64,000 nt of DNA from positions 448,001 through 512,000 of the forward strand of contig CAWHXY010000007.1 in NCBI GenBank assembly GCA_963833575.1. Direction: 5' to 3'. The stretch's first letter is position 1, and every line of letters begins with the position of its first letter. This DNA is from Candidatus Bathyarchaeota archaeon. Its GTDB lineage: Archaea; Thermoproteota; Bathyarchaeia; Bathyarchaeales; Bathycorpusculaceae. Positions 37,796 to 47,531 of the stretch are shown here, in pieces. The translations under genes and the position numbers were made by a program. The notes beneath the pieces are model-generated. The model saw only the letters and a list, made by a program, of their open reading frames with translations, was not told where the DNA came from and did not search any database.

Positions 37796-39580
37796 ATGAC
37801 GAATAAAATAGCGGCAAATCTGATAATTACCCTGCTTCTAATTGGTGTAATTGCTGGAGTTTCAGTCACTTCTTTCCGATCCCTCAACAACGAAGCTTCC
37901 CAGGTTGTTAATGCTGCAACTTTATTTCCTGTTCCAGGTGCTTCAGTAAGTGCTTCTGGGGGAACGGTTGGAAGTGGGTCTACTTTAGCTGACTCCCAAG
38001 GCCAGTATCTCATATCGACCTTTTTGGATTCAGGCAATTATACGGTGACGGCGTCTGCACCGGGTTTCATTGATCAGCAAGTGGACAATATAGTTGTGAC
38101 TGCTGGAGCCTTAACCCCCAATGTTAATATTGTTATGAGCGTTTCGGGTGGCATTTCTGGAAAAGTAACTGATGCAGTGTCTGGTTTGCCTGTGTATTTG
38201 GCGATAGTGAGTGTTGAAAGTGCAGATGGCTTAAGCACTGGGGCAGCTGTCACTGATGCGAATGGCAATTATCAAATAATTCAAAACCTTCAAACTGGAA
38301 TTTACAATGCAACAGTTGACTATCTCTTAGGTGCAATAGGTTACGTATCACAGACCCAAACGGGGATTGCTGTCACTGCGGGTTCAATGACCAACAATGT
38401 GAACTTTGCCTTACCTCATTCAGGCATGATTACCGGAACTGTGACAGATGCAAACACTCATGCTCCATTGCAAGGGATATCCGTTGTAGCGGAAAGTTCA
38501 GATGGTGCCTCAGTGGGCTTTGCAGCAACAAATTCCTCAGGGCAATACACAATCAACAGCAATCTAGCCACTGGAACTTACAATGTTACCACATTTTTCC
38601 CTAAGGGGTATCTTGAAAATTCTGTATCGGGCATAGTTGTAACTGCTGGACAGTCTACCATCGCTAACCTCGCTCTTAATCCGTCGGGGGTTATTTCTGG
38701 AAGAGTAACAAACGGCGCAAACGGACAGCCCATTTCAGGAGCAACTGTTACTGCGATATCTGCCAGTGGAATCGGCTCAGCAACAACTGACTCGTCAGGA
38801 AACTATGTAATCTCAACTGATTTAACAACCGGAAGCTACGTTGTATCGGCTTCTTATGGGACAGGTTTTTCCACGAATCCAAGCGTAAGTGTCACCTCAG
38901 GCGCGACGACGTCTGGCATTGATTTCCAGCTGACTGTTGCAGCATCTGGAACGATAAGTGGACAAGTTATGAGCGGCGGTGTTCCAGTGGTTGGTGCAAC
39001 TGTTTCTGCGCAAGGAACAGGAGGCTCCAACTCAAACGATACAGACAGCAACGGCAACTACATAATATCCTCCGGTCTAGGAACAGGATCTTACACCGTA
39101 AATGTTACTGCAACAGGATACTTATCGCAGCAGCAAACTGGCGTTCTTGTAACGGTTAATCAAATAACACCTAACATTAATTTCGCATTAGTTGCTGCAC
39201 CTTCAGGAAGCATTTCTGGCCAAATCCTCTCGGCACAAACATCACCTTTCCCCTCTCCAACTCCAGTACCAACGGCAGTTCCAACAGCAGTGCCTACAGC
39301 AGTACCTACAGCAGTACCTACAGCAGTTCCGACGGCTGTGCCAACGGCGGTTCCTACAGCAGCACCAACTTCATATTCAAGTTCAACTCAAACGGCTGTT
39401 CCAACAGCAGCACCAACGGCAGCTCCAACAGCTAAACCAGCCACAACTCCAACGCCTAAACCAACTTCTGCAGTTCCAGAGTTTTCCTCATCCATAGTCT
39501 TGTCGTTGCTCATCACATTAGTCGTGGCCGCTTTAGCTATGCTAATGCTAAGAAAACGAGTGGTAAAAAGCCACAGTTAA
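37796..39580 (+). CDS. Surface protein with about five carboxypeptidase-regulatory-like (CnaB-type) domains, PTAV linker and PEF-CTERM sorting signal
   Basis: Repeated SG.ISG.VT...TDxxGNY.I..L.TG.Y.V units, VPEF + TM + RKR at the C-terminus. Confidence 0.9.
   Translation: MTNKIAANLIITLLLIGVIAGVSVTSFRSLNNEASQVVNAATLFPVPGASVSASGGTVGSGSTLADSQGQYLISTFLDSGNYTVTASAPGFIDQQVDNIVVTAGALTPNVNIVMSVSGGISGKVTDAVSGLPVYLAIVSVESADGLSTGAAVTDANGNYQIIQNLQTGIYNATVDYLLGAIGYVSQTQTGIAVTAGSMTNNVNFALPHSGMITGTVTDANTHAPLQGISVVAESSDGASVGFAATNSSGQYTINSNLATGTYNVTTFFPKGYLENSVSGIVVTAGQSTIANLALNPSGVISGRVTNGANGQPISGATVTAISASGIGSATTDSSGNYVISTDLTTGSYVVSASYGTGFSTNPSVSVTSGATTSGIDFQLTVAASGTISGQVMSGGVPVVGATVSAQGTGGSNSNDTDSNGNYIISSGLGTGSYTVNVTATGYLSQQQTGVLVTVNQITPNINFALVAAPSGSISGQILSAQTSPFPSPTPVPTAVPTAVPTAVPTAVPTAVPTAVPTAVPTAAPTSYSSSTQTAVPTAAPTAAPTAKPATTPTPKPTSAVPEFSSSIVLSLLITLVVAALAMLMLRKRVVKSHS
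39269..39364 (+). repeat. 12-bp coding tandem repeat: (PTAV)x7 then PTAA
   Basis: CCNACRGCNGTN units read directly. Confidence 0.9.
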
Positions 39581-39675
39581 TATCGACTTTGGCAAAACCA
39601 CTACTACCCTTTTTTTTTGTTAACAAACAACTTTACAAAAATTGTTGAAACCGCGAAGTTTTCAGAAGCGTCCAT

Positions 39676-39882
39676 TTAGTTTTCCGTTAAAAGTATGTCT
39701 TGCCATTCGGGTTTGATTTTGATTCTGCATGTTTTTTCTTCGTATGTGATTAAGCCTTTTTTGGATAGGAAATGTGCGAATTCGGTTAACTTGTCTGTTG
39801 GCACTTTGATTTGGACAGACAGGTCGGTTAAGTCGTGCCATTTTCCGTCTTTGAGAATTGTGAAGAATTTTTCTATAGTCAT
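39676..39882 (-). CDS. Small winged-helix-like protein
   Basis: ILKDGKWHDLTDLS...FLSKKGLI. Confidence 0.7.
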   Translation of the reverse strand: MTIEKFFTILKDGKWHDLTDLSVQIKVPTDKLTEFAHFLSKKGLITYEEKTCRIKIKPEWQDILLTEN

Positions 39883-40094
39883 CTGTTTTCTGGGTTCAAT
39901 ATCTTTGGTATTGTATTTAACGGTGGTAGAACCTGTGATATGGGTTTGTCCTGATTGTAATCTGTATTTTTCGCTTCTGGTTTTATAGATAAGTTGTCGA
40001 ACGTTTACTAGATTGTATCTATGATAACTATCTAGTGGGTAGTGTTCTTTGGTCCCTACTTGTTGTTCTACATGTTTTATAACACTGGTGCGCT

Positions 40095-40559
40095 ATGTTC
40101 TTGATTAATGAGCACAGTAATTCTGGTATATTCTGCTCCGGTTCACGGGGGGATGGAAGAGTAGTGACTATCGAAAGTTCTGATCCATCAATTGTTGATG
40201 TGGAAGAGGTTAAGGCGGAGTGGAAGTTGCTTTGGCGGGGGCGTATCGAAGATAAGGTTCGGGCCGAAGGCATGGCGGACCAGAGTTTTCCGTTGTTGTT
40301 CGTCGAGCGAGGCACTGTAATTGTTGCTTCGAGAGATTTTAAATCATTGAATTTGAAAGAGATTTTGAGTTCTTATAATGTCCAGAACATGGAACGAGTT
40401 GTTGGTCCGCGTCCGTTGGAGGGTGGATGGACAAAGTTTGCCAAGACTGTGCTGAATAAGCAGACTCGAGTTCAAAAATTTAAGGCTGAGGTAGAGCCTG
40501 TACGTTCTGGAAAGAGGGCGCAGCTTAAGAAGGGTGGCAGAGGCTGGCTTCACCAATAA
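40095..40559 (+). CDS. Hypothetical protein
   Basis: Protein-like composition in operon context. Start probably near 40164. Confidence 0.7.
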   Translation: MFLINEHSNSGIFCSGSRGDGRVVTIESSDPSIVDVEEVKAEWKLLWRGRIEDKVRAEGMADQSFPLLFVERGTVIVASRDFKSLNLKEILSSYNVQNMERVVGPRPLEGGWTKFAKTVLNKQTRVQKFKAEVEPVRSGKRAQLKKGGRGWLHQ

Positions 40560-40630
40560 ACAAATAGATTATGCTATTTTCGGAAGAATTTTGGTTCATT
40601 AAATTTTGTTTTCTCAGATAATTTTGGGAG

Positions 40631-41017
40631 TTGAAGCGTTTGTCTTTGAAGGATCGGGAAGTTGTGAGTAAGAATCGTTGCAGTTTGGATATTGTGCGTG
40701 AAGTGCTTTCTGTAGCTTCGGTTAAGGTTCGGAAGACTAAGATTATGTATGGGGCTAACTTGAATTTTCTTCAGGTGGAAAAATATTTGAATGCCCTTTT
40801 GGGCAATGGTCTTTTGGAACGAGATGGCAATTCCAGTTACATAATTACTGGGGCGGGGTTGGAGTTTCTTCAACGCTACGAAGAGTATCTGAAGCGAACT
40901 TTTCAGTTAAAAGTCGAGACTCAGATGAACATGAAGGATAAGCTTCAGCTTGAGCGTATGTGTTTTGCCAGCAAAAATCGGGTTGTAAGTGAACAAAGTC
41001 AGGGCTCAAAGACTTGA
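40631..41017 (+). CDS. Winged-helix regulator (same family as 9748-10011)
   Basis: R..LDIV.EVL...KTKIMYGANLNF..YL..L...Y.IT..G.EFL. Confidence 0.88.
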   Translation: MKRLSLKDREVVSKNRCSLDIVREVLSVASVKVRKTKIMYGANLNFLQVEKYLNALLGNGLLERDGNSSYIITGAGLEFLQRYEEYLKRTFQLKVETQMNMKDKLQLERMCFASKNRVVSEQSQGSKT

Positions 41018-41120
41018 TATGTTTAGTTTGACATATCGATTTAGGGTGGACTTGGGTATGATTAATAAAAGAGATAGTTAGTTGAATTTTAGTGGGCAAC
41101 AGTCGTTGTAGGGTACATCT

Positions 41121-41789
41121 TTGATGCAAGTCATCATTGCTGCTTTGAATGAGGAAAAAGGCATTGGTCTTACCATATCCGAGTTAAACAAGACTTTGAA
41201 GAATCCTCGGATTTTGGTAGTTGACGGCAGAAGTACCGACAGGACTGTTGAAGTGGCCAGGGAGTTAGGTGCCGATGTTGTTTTGCAAGATGGATTAGGC
41301 AAAGGTGATGCCTTGGCGAAAGCAATCAAATGCGCGGATTTATCGGGTGATTACGTAGTCATAACAGATGCAGACTACACCTATCCCGCTACGTACGTTC
41401 CAGAGATGGTTCAGATACTTGAAAAGAAACCCAATGTAGGCATGGTTTGTGGCAACCGGTTTAGTGGCTACTTAGATCTGAAAGGGTTGAATAGCCTTTT
41501 TTACTTTGGCAACAGGGCAATCGCATTTACGCACAACTTTCTAAATGGCATCCAATTGGCTGACCCGTTGACGGGGTTGCGTGTTGTCCGGGCGAAAATT
41601 CTTCGAAACTGGAAAATCCTATCGAAGGGGTTTGACGTTGAGGTAGAGCTTAATCACCGTGTTGAGCGGGAAGGTTTTAGCATCGAAGAGGTTCCGATTC
41701 AATATCGAGAAAGACTAGGCGAGAAGAAACTTGGGGTCAGGCATGGTGCAGAAATTTTAAAGCGCATAATGCTCGAAACAATGTATTGA
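41121..41789 (+). CDS. Family 2 glycosyltransferase (paralog of 8153-8968)
   Basis: VIIAALNEEKGI, VVDGRSTDRT, TDADYTYP. Confidence 0.93.
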   Translation: MMQVIIAALNEEKGIGLTISELNKTLKNPRILVVDGRSTDRTVEVARELGADVVLQDGLGKGDALAKAIKCADLSGDYVVITDADYTYPATYVPEMVQILEKKPNVGMVCGNRFSGYLDLKGLNSLFYFGNRAIAFTHNFLNGIQLADPLTGLRVVRAKILRNWKILSKGFDVEVELNHRVEREGFSIEEVPIQYRERLGEKKLGVRHGAEILKRIMLETMY

Positions 41790-41866
41790 CATAGCTAAAA
41801 CGTTCAAGAATGGACATTATGTCTTGTTTTCCTTATTGCTTTAAATAATAGGGTGACGAAGAAGTT

Positions 41867-42058
41867 ATGTTTGAGAGTGTGTGGATGGAGAAGGTAGCGA
41901 AGCAGAGTGTTCCGACGCAAGTTATCTTGGCTGAGTTACGCGAAGAAACTAAAATCGGATTTGCCAAAACAAATGTTAACCAATGTTTTGAGAATATCTA
42001 TGCTGTCATCCAACCTAACCATGTCATCCGGACGCATCAAGACGATTATGAAATTTGA
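41867..42058 (+). CDS. Small hypothetical protein
   Basis: ATG preceded by a GGGTGA RBS-like motif, co-oriented with the cluster. Confidence 0.45.
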   Translation: MFESVWMEKVAKQSVPTQVILAELREETKIGFAKTNVNQCFENIYAVIQPNHVIRTHQDDYEI

Positions 42059-42221
42059 TACTAATGTGTATTGTAAACGTTTAGTTACAGCTCACTTTGT
42101 TTCTTGTCCGCTTCTGTCAAGAAGGGATAATGTAGACTTGCCTGCGCATAATAAACTCCTATGTATGACGTTGTTTTGGGTTGTTTAAATCTTTTATTTT
42201 TTTTGGGGGGGTGCTGAAAAT

Positions 42222-42932
42222 TTGAAGAATACTACAAGAATAATTATTTTGGCCGGTGGCAATGGAGAGCGATTGTTTCCTTTTACCAGTGTGATCCCCA
42301 AGTGTTTAATTCCGGTGGCAGGAAAACCTTGTGTGCGGTGGATAGTGGAAGATGCCCTCCAACAAGGGTTTAATGACATTGTTTTGTGTATAAATAAAAA
42401 AGATGAGTCAAATTTTAGACATGAATTCAGAGATCTTGACGTGACATTTAGTGTTAATTGCGAAACCACTGGAACTGTGAATGAACTCTTATGTGCAAAG
42501 CGCCATGGGTTAATTGTTGATACTTTCATTTTAAGATATGGCGATGATCTCACTGAGATTTCTCTAAAAAATATGGTTAATTTTCATAAGGAAAAAGAAG
42601 CAATTGCCACGCTTCCCTTTACAAAGGAACTTAAACTTCCAGTTGGTATCTTGAGATTAAACGATGAAGGCGCCGTTGAGGAGTTCATTGAAAAACCCAG
42701 GTTAGAGAAGCCTTCATGGATAGGCGTAGCGGTTTTTGAACCAAAAGTCTTGAATTACTTTGAACCAGGTGAAGACATTGCTAGTCATGGAATACCACGA
42801 TTGTTGAATGCTAAAGAAAAAGTCTATTCTTTTGAAACACTAAATCATTGGTACGACGTTGGAAATTTGGAACATTGGCGAAAAGCTGACGAGTACTTTA
42901 GGAAAAAAAGCGAGCAATCTCAAAACATTTAG
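42222..42932 (+). CDS. Sugar-phosphate nucleotidyltransferase
   Basis: ILAGGNGERLFP.T..IPKCL, YGDD, FIEKP, WYDVG. Confidence 0.95.
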   Translation: MKNTTRIIILAGGNGERLFPFTSVIPKCLIPVAGKPCVRWIVEDALQQGFNDIVLCINKKDESNFRHEFRDLDVTFSVNCETTGTVNELLCAKRHGLIVDTFILRYGDDLTEISLKNMVNFHKEKEAIATLPFTKELKLPVGILRLNDEGAVEEFIEKPRLEKPSWIGVAVFEPKVLNYFEPGEDIASHGIPRLLNAKEKVYSFETLNHWYDVGNLEHWRKADEYFRKKSEQSQNI

Positions 42933-42958
42933 ACCATAAATTTTTCGTAAATTGTTTT

Positions 42959-43657
42959 TTGTGTGATTTCATGATTGACCTTATTCCAAATGTAAGCGTT
43001 ATAGTGCCTGCTTACGATGAGCAAGGAACAATCTATGAGGTCATTTCAGAGTTGCTTCGCCTAAGAAAATTAATTCCTTCTATGGAGATAATAGTTGTTG
43101 ACGATGGTTCAACTGACAACACCTCCTTAATTGCATCCAAGTTTTCCTCAATAAAACTAATCAAGCACCGTAAAAATATGGGCAAAGGTGCCGCTCTCCA
43201 AACAGGTTTTCGAGCCGCCAAAGGCAAAGTAATAGTGATTCAAGACGCCGATATGGAGTATTATCCCCGTGAGATCCCCCGTATCATTCATCCAATCTTA
43301 ACTGGAAAAGCAGATGTAGTTTTTGGGTCAAGATTTAGAAAAAAACCCTCTGGAATGGGTATGTCACACTTTCTTGGAAACATTATGCTCTCTTTTGTTG
43401 CAAGCGTAATATATACAGCAAGAATAACTGATATCATGACAGGGTACAAAGCATTTTCCAACAAAGTCTTAGAATCAGTAAATATAAGGGAAAAAGGTTT
43501 TTTGGTTGAAGTAGAGTTAACCGATCAGATTCTTCAAAACGGTTGGCGTTTTCAAGAAGTCCCAATAGACTATACGTACAGAAACGAAGGGATTTCGAAA
43601 ATAACAAGCCGAGACGGATTAAAAAGCTTACTTCTTATCTTTTCCCGGATTGTCTAG
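42959..43657 (+). CDS. Family 2 glycosyltransferase (DPM1-like)
   Basis: SVIVPAYDE, VDDGSTD, NMGKGAA, QDADMEY. Confidence 0.95.
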   Translation: MCDFMIDLIPNVSVIVPAYDEQGTIYEVISELLRLRKLIPSMEIIVVDDGSTDNTSLIASKFSSIKLIKHRKNMGKGAALQTGFRAAKGKVIVIQDADMEYYPREIPRIIHPILTGKADVVFGSRFRKKPSGMGMSHFLGNIMLSFVASVIYTARITDIMTGYKAFSNKVLESVNIREKGFLVEVELTDQILQNGWRFQEVPIDYTYRNEGISKITSRDGLKSLLLIFSRIV

Positions 43658-43837
43658 CGTGCGCTGGAATTGTTTCAATAGTTCAATTGCGCCCAGAAAG
43701 TATTTAATTGGGTTTGCCCTGCTTCGGTTCAATCTTTTCTGCGACTGGATAGGCAGATACAGGATAAGGTCTTCAAGACAATTTTAACATTTTCAAAACC
43801 GTTAGAAACTCTAGGATAATACTGAAAGGGTGTTTAG

Positions 43838-45049
43838 TTGAAGGTTCTCTTCTTGAGCGCCGCGCACAGTCCCTCTTGGACAGGAGGAGGGTCGGGCGTT
43901 GCTAGGATTTTGCGCACTTCGCTTTCGGAACGAGGTATGAAAGTCAGTGCTGCCTGGTTTCCTCGCTCGTTTATGGATATGCAGCTTTTCAGCCAGTTGT
44001 CGACCAAGCCCTTGTCAGTACTAAACTCGGAAATTGTTCACATGTACCGGTGCTGCATACAAAAGAACCGGCCTGACGTGATTATTACGGATTACGACAT
44101 TGATCTTTCAGCTTTCTGGGCAAGTGTACTTTCGGGGATTCCCACAATCGCACAGGCTATGACCCCTTGGCCTATATGCCCAAAAGGTGACCTTTTCGTT
44201 TCAATTCGGCATACACGGTGCGAAGGACCAAATTTAACTTGCGGACAATGTGTGGCTAGTAAATCTGGATTCCGAGAAATGAGACCATTTTTGATGTCTT
44301 CATTAGCTAATGTATCCTTAGCAACGCTTACTCTAATTGAATTAAACAAAATCAGGCGGATCAGGTCTAAACTAGACTCTGCTTCGGCAATAGTCAGCTG
44401 TGATCTGTTTCTGAAAAACAAATTGGTCCAGATGGGTTACGATCCTATAAAAATTCATGCGATTTATAATGGTGTCGATCTGAATAAAATCAAGCCCGTG
44501 GCACCCGTGACAATTAGGAGCAAAGAAAAAATCGTTCTGTTCCTAGCTTATCAAGAAACTGAACATTCACAAGCGATAAAAGGTTGTCACCATTTTGTTC
44601 AACTTGCGAAAAGCCTGAAGCCAGAGTTTCCCGACGTAAGATTCCTGTGGGTTGGGCGGCAACAGATTCAAGCAGACAGCTTTGAAACTAAAAGTTACAT
44701 TTGGAATGAGCAGGATCTTCATGAAACGTATAGATCAAGCTATTTGCTCCTCTTGCCGTCTTTGTGGCCGGAAACAATGAGTTACTCTGTTCAACAAGCA
44801 ATGGCCCATGGAAAACCCGTAGTAGCTTACGACACTGGAGCAAACAAAGAAGCAATAATCCACAACGAAACTGGCCTGCTGGCGGAATGGGGAAACATCA
44901 AGCAACTAACAGCGCACGTACGATCACTTCTGCTAGACGAGAGGACAGCCATACGCATGGGAAACAACGCCAGAAAGGTAGCAGAAGCTAAGTTTGGCAT
45001 AGAAAAAATGACAAATGATTACGTAAAGCTTATAGAAGAAATAGCATAA
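43838..45049 (+). CDS. Family 4 glycosyltransferase with Cys-rich insert
   Basis: IYNGVD, PSLWPE...AMAHGKPVV. Insert WPICP...RC...CGQC. Confidence 0.92.
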   Translation: MKVLFLSAAHSPSWTGGGSGVARILRTSLSERGMKVSAAWFPRSFMDMQLFSQLSTKPLSVLNSEIVHMYRCCIQKNRPDVIITDYDIDLSAFWASVLSGIPTIAQAMTPWPICPKGDLFVSIRHTRCEGPNLTCGQCVASKSGFREMRPFLMSSLANVSLATLTLIELNKIRRIRSKLDSASAIVSCDLFLKNKLVQMGYDPIKIHAIYNGVDLNKIKPVAPVTIRSKEKIVLFLAYQETEHSQAIKGCHHFVQLAKSLKPEFPDVRFLWVGRQQIQADSFETKSYIWNEQDLHETYRSSYLLLLPSLWPETMSYSVQQAMAHGKPVVAYDTGANKEAIIHNETGLLAEWGNIKQLTAHVRSLLLDERTAIRMGNNARKVAEAKFGIEKMTNDYVKLIEEIA

Positions 45050-45188
45050 ACACGAACAGTATTAGAATAAACTCACTTTATGCGCTGGTTTATCAGCTCT
45101 GATTGATAGGCGCATAGTCTTTCATAAACAGTCGAGAATACAAATGAAGCATAATTAAAATTAGGTCTCAGTCAAAGAATTACTATCT

Positions 45189-46346
45189 TTGAGTGATCAC
45201 ATTTTGAACACAATTCCTTTGTATAAGCCTCAAAACTCATTAGGTAATGAAGAAGTAGATGCAGTTAGAGAAGTTTTTAAATCCGGATGGCTGACTCTGG
45301 GGCCAAAAACAGTCGAGTTTGAAAGAGTCTTCGCAGAATATGTGAGAGTAAAATATGGCGTTGCCACGAGCTCGTGCACCACTGCCCTTTACTTGGCTCT
45401 GGACGGTTTGGGAATAGGAAAAGGTGATTTTGTTGTGGTTCCAGTCAACACTTTTGTTGCCACTGCAAATGCTGTTCGATTGCGTGGAGCCGAACCTGTT
45501 TTTTGTGACGTATGTGAAGATGGAGAAATCGACCCAGAAAAGTTAGCGAATATTCTTGAAACCAATGAAAAGGTCAAATGCATAATACCAGTACATGTTT
45601 ACGGTTATCCTTGCAACATGAAGATCATCAGTCGATTGGTCAGGAAACATCGGGTGAGAATGATCGAGGACTGTGCTCAAGCTCAAGGCGCGACATTCGG
45701 AGGCAAAAAAGTTGGCAGTTTTGGCAATGTTGGGTGTTTTAGCTTCTATGCTACAAAAAACATATCAACAGGTGAAGGCGGGATGCTTGTGACAAGCAGT
45801 AAGAAAGTACAAAAAAGGGCTTTACTTGTGAGAAACCATTGTCAAACCAAAACCCCGGCAGAAAAGGCTGCTGACTGGCATTATGATGTAACTGATCTTG
45901 GTTTCAATTTCCGAATGAGTGAAATCGAAGCTGCAATTGGACTTGAACAAATAAAGAAGCTTGACCTGATTACAAAAAATAGGCGGGAACTTGCTAAAAA
46001 GTATAAAGAATCGTTGAAAGAGATAGAAGGGATAAAGATGCTGCATGACCCTGATGATAGTATATGTCGCGGCGTCTTTCATTTGCTGGAAGTCAAGGTT
46101 GAAAAACCGTATCCATTAACTAGAGACGAACTGTATAACTATTTAAGGGAAAGAGGCATAATTGCCGGAGTGCACTATATTCCCCTGCACTACTTTTCTT
46201 ATTATAAAAGAACTACAAAATACAAAAAGGGGAATTTCCCATGCGCAGAAGGATTGTTCCAAAAAATTTTGTCGCTTCCAATGTTTCCGTTCATGGCAGA
46301 ACAGGAATTTCAAATCATAATAGGGGCTCTTAAGGCAGGCGTTTAG
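45189..46346 (+). CDS. DegT-family aminotransferase (PseC/ArnB-like, probable C4 aminotransferase)
   Basis: SGWLTLGP, SSCTTAL, EDCAQA, FSFYATKNISTGEGG, GFNFRMSEI, GVHYIPLH. Confidence 0.93.
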   Translation: MSDHILNTIPLYKPQNSLGNEEVDAVREVFKSGWLTLGPKTVEFERVFAEYVRVKYGVATSSCTTALYLALDGLGIGKGDFVVVPVNTFVATANAVRLRGAEPVFCDVCEDGEIDPEKLANILETNEKVKCIIPVHVYGYPCNMKIISRLVRKHRVRMIEDCAQAQGATFGGKKVGSFGNVGCFSFYATKNISTGEGGMLVTSSKKVQKRALLVRNHCQTKTPAEKAADWHYDVTDLGFNFRMSEIEAAIGLEQIKKLDLITKNRRELAKKYKESLKEIEGIKMLHDPDDSICRGVFHLLEVKVEKPYPLTRDELYNYLRERGIIAGVHYIPLHYFSYYKRTTKYKKGNFPCAEGLFQKILSLPMFPFMAEQEFQIIIGALKAGV

Positions 46347-46374
46347 ACATTTTCCAGCAACTAAAAAATTTGAG

Positions 46375-47481
46375 TTGATGCAGTTGATGGAAAATACGTT
46401 AAACTATGTGGGTTTTAGACCTCGCAATTATAATTTGGGTGATGAAGCTCTATACCCTATCGATCAAGAAATTTTTGCAAGATATAATCTTAGACTATGT
46501 CGAATAGCTGATCCACTCAGGCAGAAGCATAGCCAAACATCACTAATAGGTGGTGGAACATGTCTACCTCTGATTGCCTGGTATATGCGACCCACAAAAT
46601 ACGTTTATGTTTTTGGGGCGGGTGCCGGTGAACGTGCGGTTAATCAACGACTAATCGAAAGATTCACATCACTAAATTTCAGGCTTGTCGGCGTAAGGGG
46701 CAGAATTTCAAAAGCTATACTTCGAGAATGGGGATTAGATTCCGAAGTAATAGGCGATCCGTGCCTAAGCCAAAAACCTACGGGAGCCTTGGACAGACGT
46801 AATAACAGAATTGCCATAAACATTGGCGACGCCAAGGATAATTACTCATTGAAAAGCACATTCCAAACAATCAAAGAGTTGGTCAAAGTTTGCAAGGTCT
46901 TGAAAGCTGACGGCTATGAACTTATTATAGTTCCATTTTGGAAAGAGAATATGGAAAACGTCAAAAGCCTCTCCGAACAGACATCTATCAAAGTCTTCGA
47001 TAACTGGCAAGATATCGGAGCGACTATGAATTTGCTCTCTTCCTGTAAGGTGTTTATAGGGGAGAAATTGCATTCTCTGGTTTTTAGCGCTGCCGCAAAC
47101 ACACCCTTTATAGGACTCGCGTATGCACCTGAACATTTTGACTTCGCAGACAGCGTTGGGTTTTCAGATTTAACCATGCCTACTAATGCAACTACAGCTG
47201 AAAAGATCCTGCTCATGTTCCATGAGGTCATTAACAATTACGAGACGCTACAAAACAGATTAGCTGCCAACGTCAACGAATATCGCGAAAAGCAACGCCG
47301 ATTTGCAGAAAGAATAAGTTCTGATATCGAATCTTTACCCGCAGATAAGTGGGCCGTTCAAAACACCTTTGGAAATACATTAGTTATGGGGGCAGATCGT
47401 GTTCTATACTCAAGAATGAAGAAAATGTGGAGTGTTTGGGATACACTTATCTTCTCTCGTATAAAGCGTTATCTCGCTTAA
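46375..47481 (+). CDS. Polysaccharide pyruvyl transferase family protein
   Basis: NLGDEA, IGGGT, VGVRG..S, IGDP, KLHSLV. Confidence 0.9.
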   Translation: MMQLMENTLNYVGFRPRNYNLGDEALYPIDQEIFARYNLRLCRIADPLRQKHSQTSLIGGGTCLPLIAWYMRPTKYVYVFGAGAGERAVNQRLIERFTSLNFRLVGVRGRISKAILREWGLDSEVIGDPCLSQKPTGALDRRNNRIAINIGDAKDNYSLKSTFQTIKELVKVCKVLKADGYELIIVPFWKENMENVKSLSEQTSIKVFDNWQDIGATMNLLSSCKVFIGEKLHSLVFSAAANTPFIGLAYAPEHFDFADSVGFSDLTMPTNATTAEKILLMFHEVINNYETLQNRLAANVNEYREKQRRFAERISSDIESLPADKWAVQNTFGNTLVMGADRVLYSRMKKMWSVWDTLIFSRIKRYLA

Positions 47482-47531
47482 TTTTTAGAAGTTTGGGAAT
47501 TGAGTTTTCAAATCGACGAATGTGATTCATC

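Noticed and set aside
16596-39497. Many antisense or alternate-frame ORFs within the large surface-protein genes, including the Gln-rich 39192-39497
   Set aside because: Shadow ORFs produced by codon bias and the PTAV repeat.
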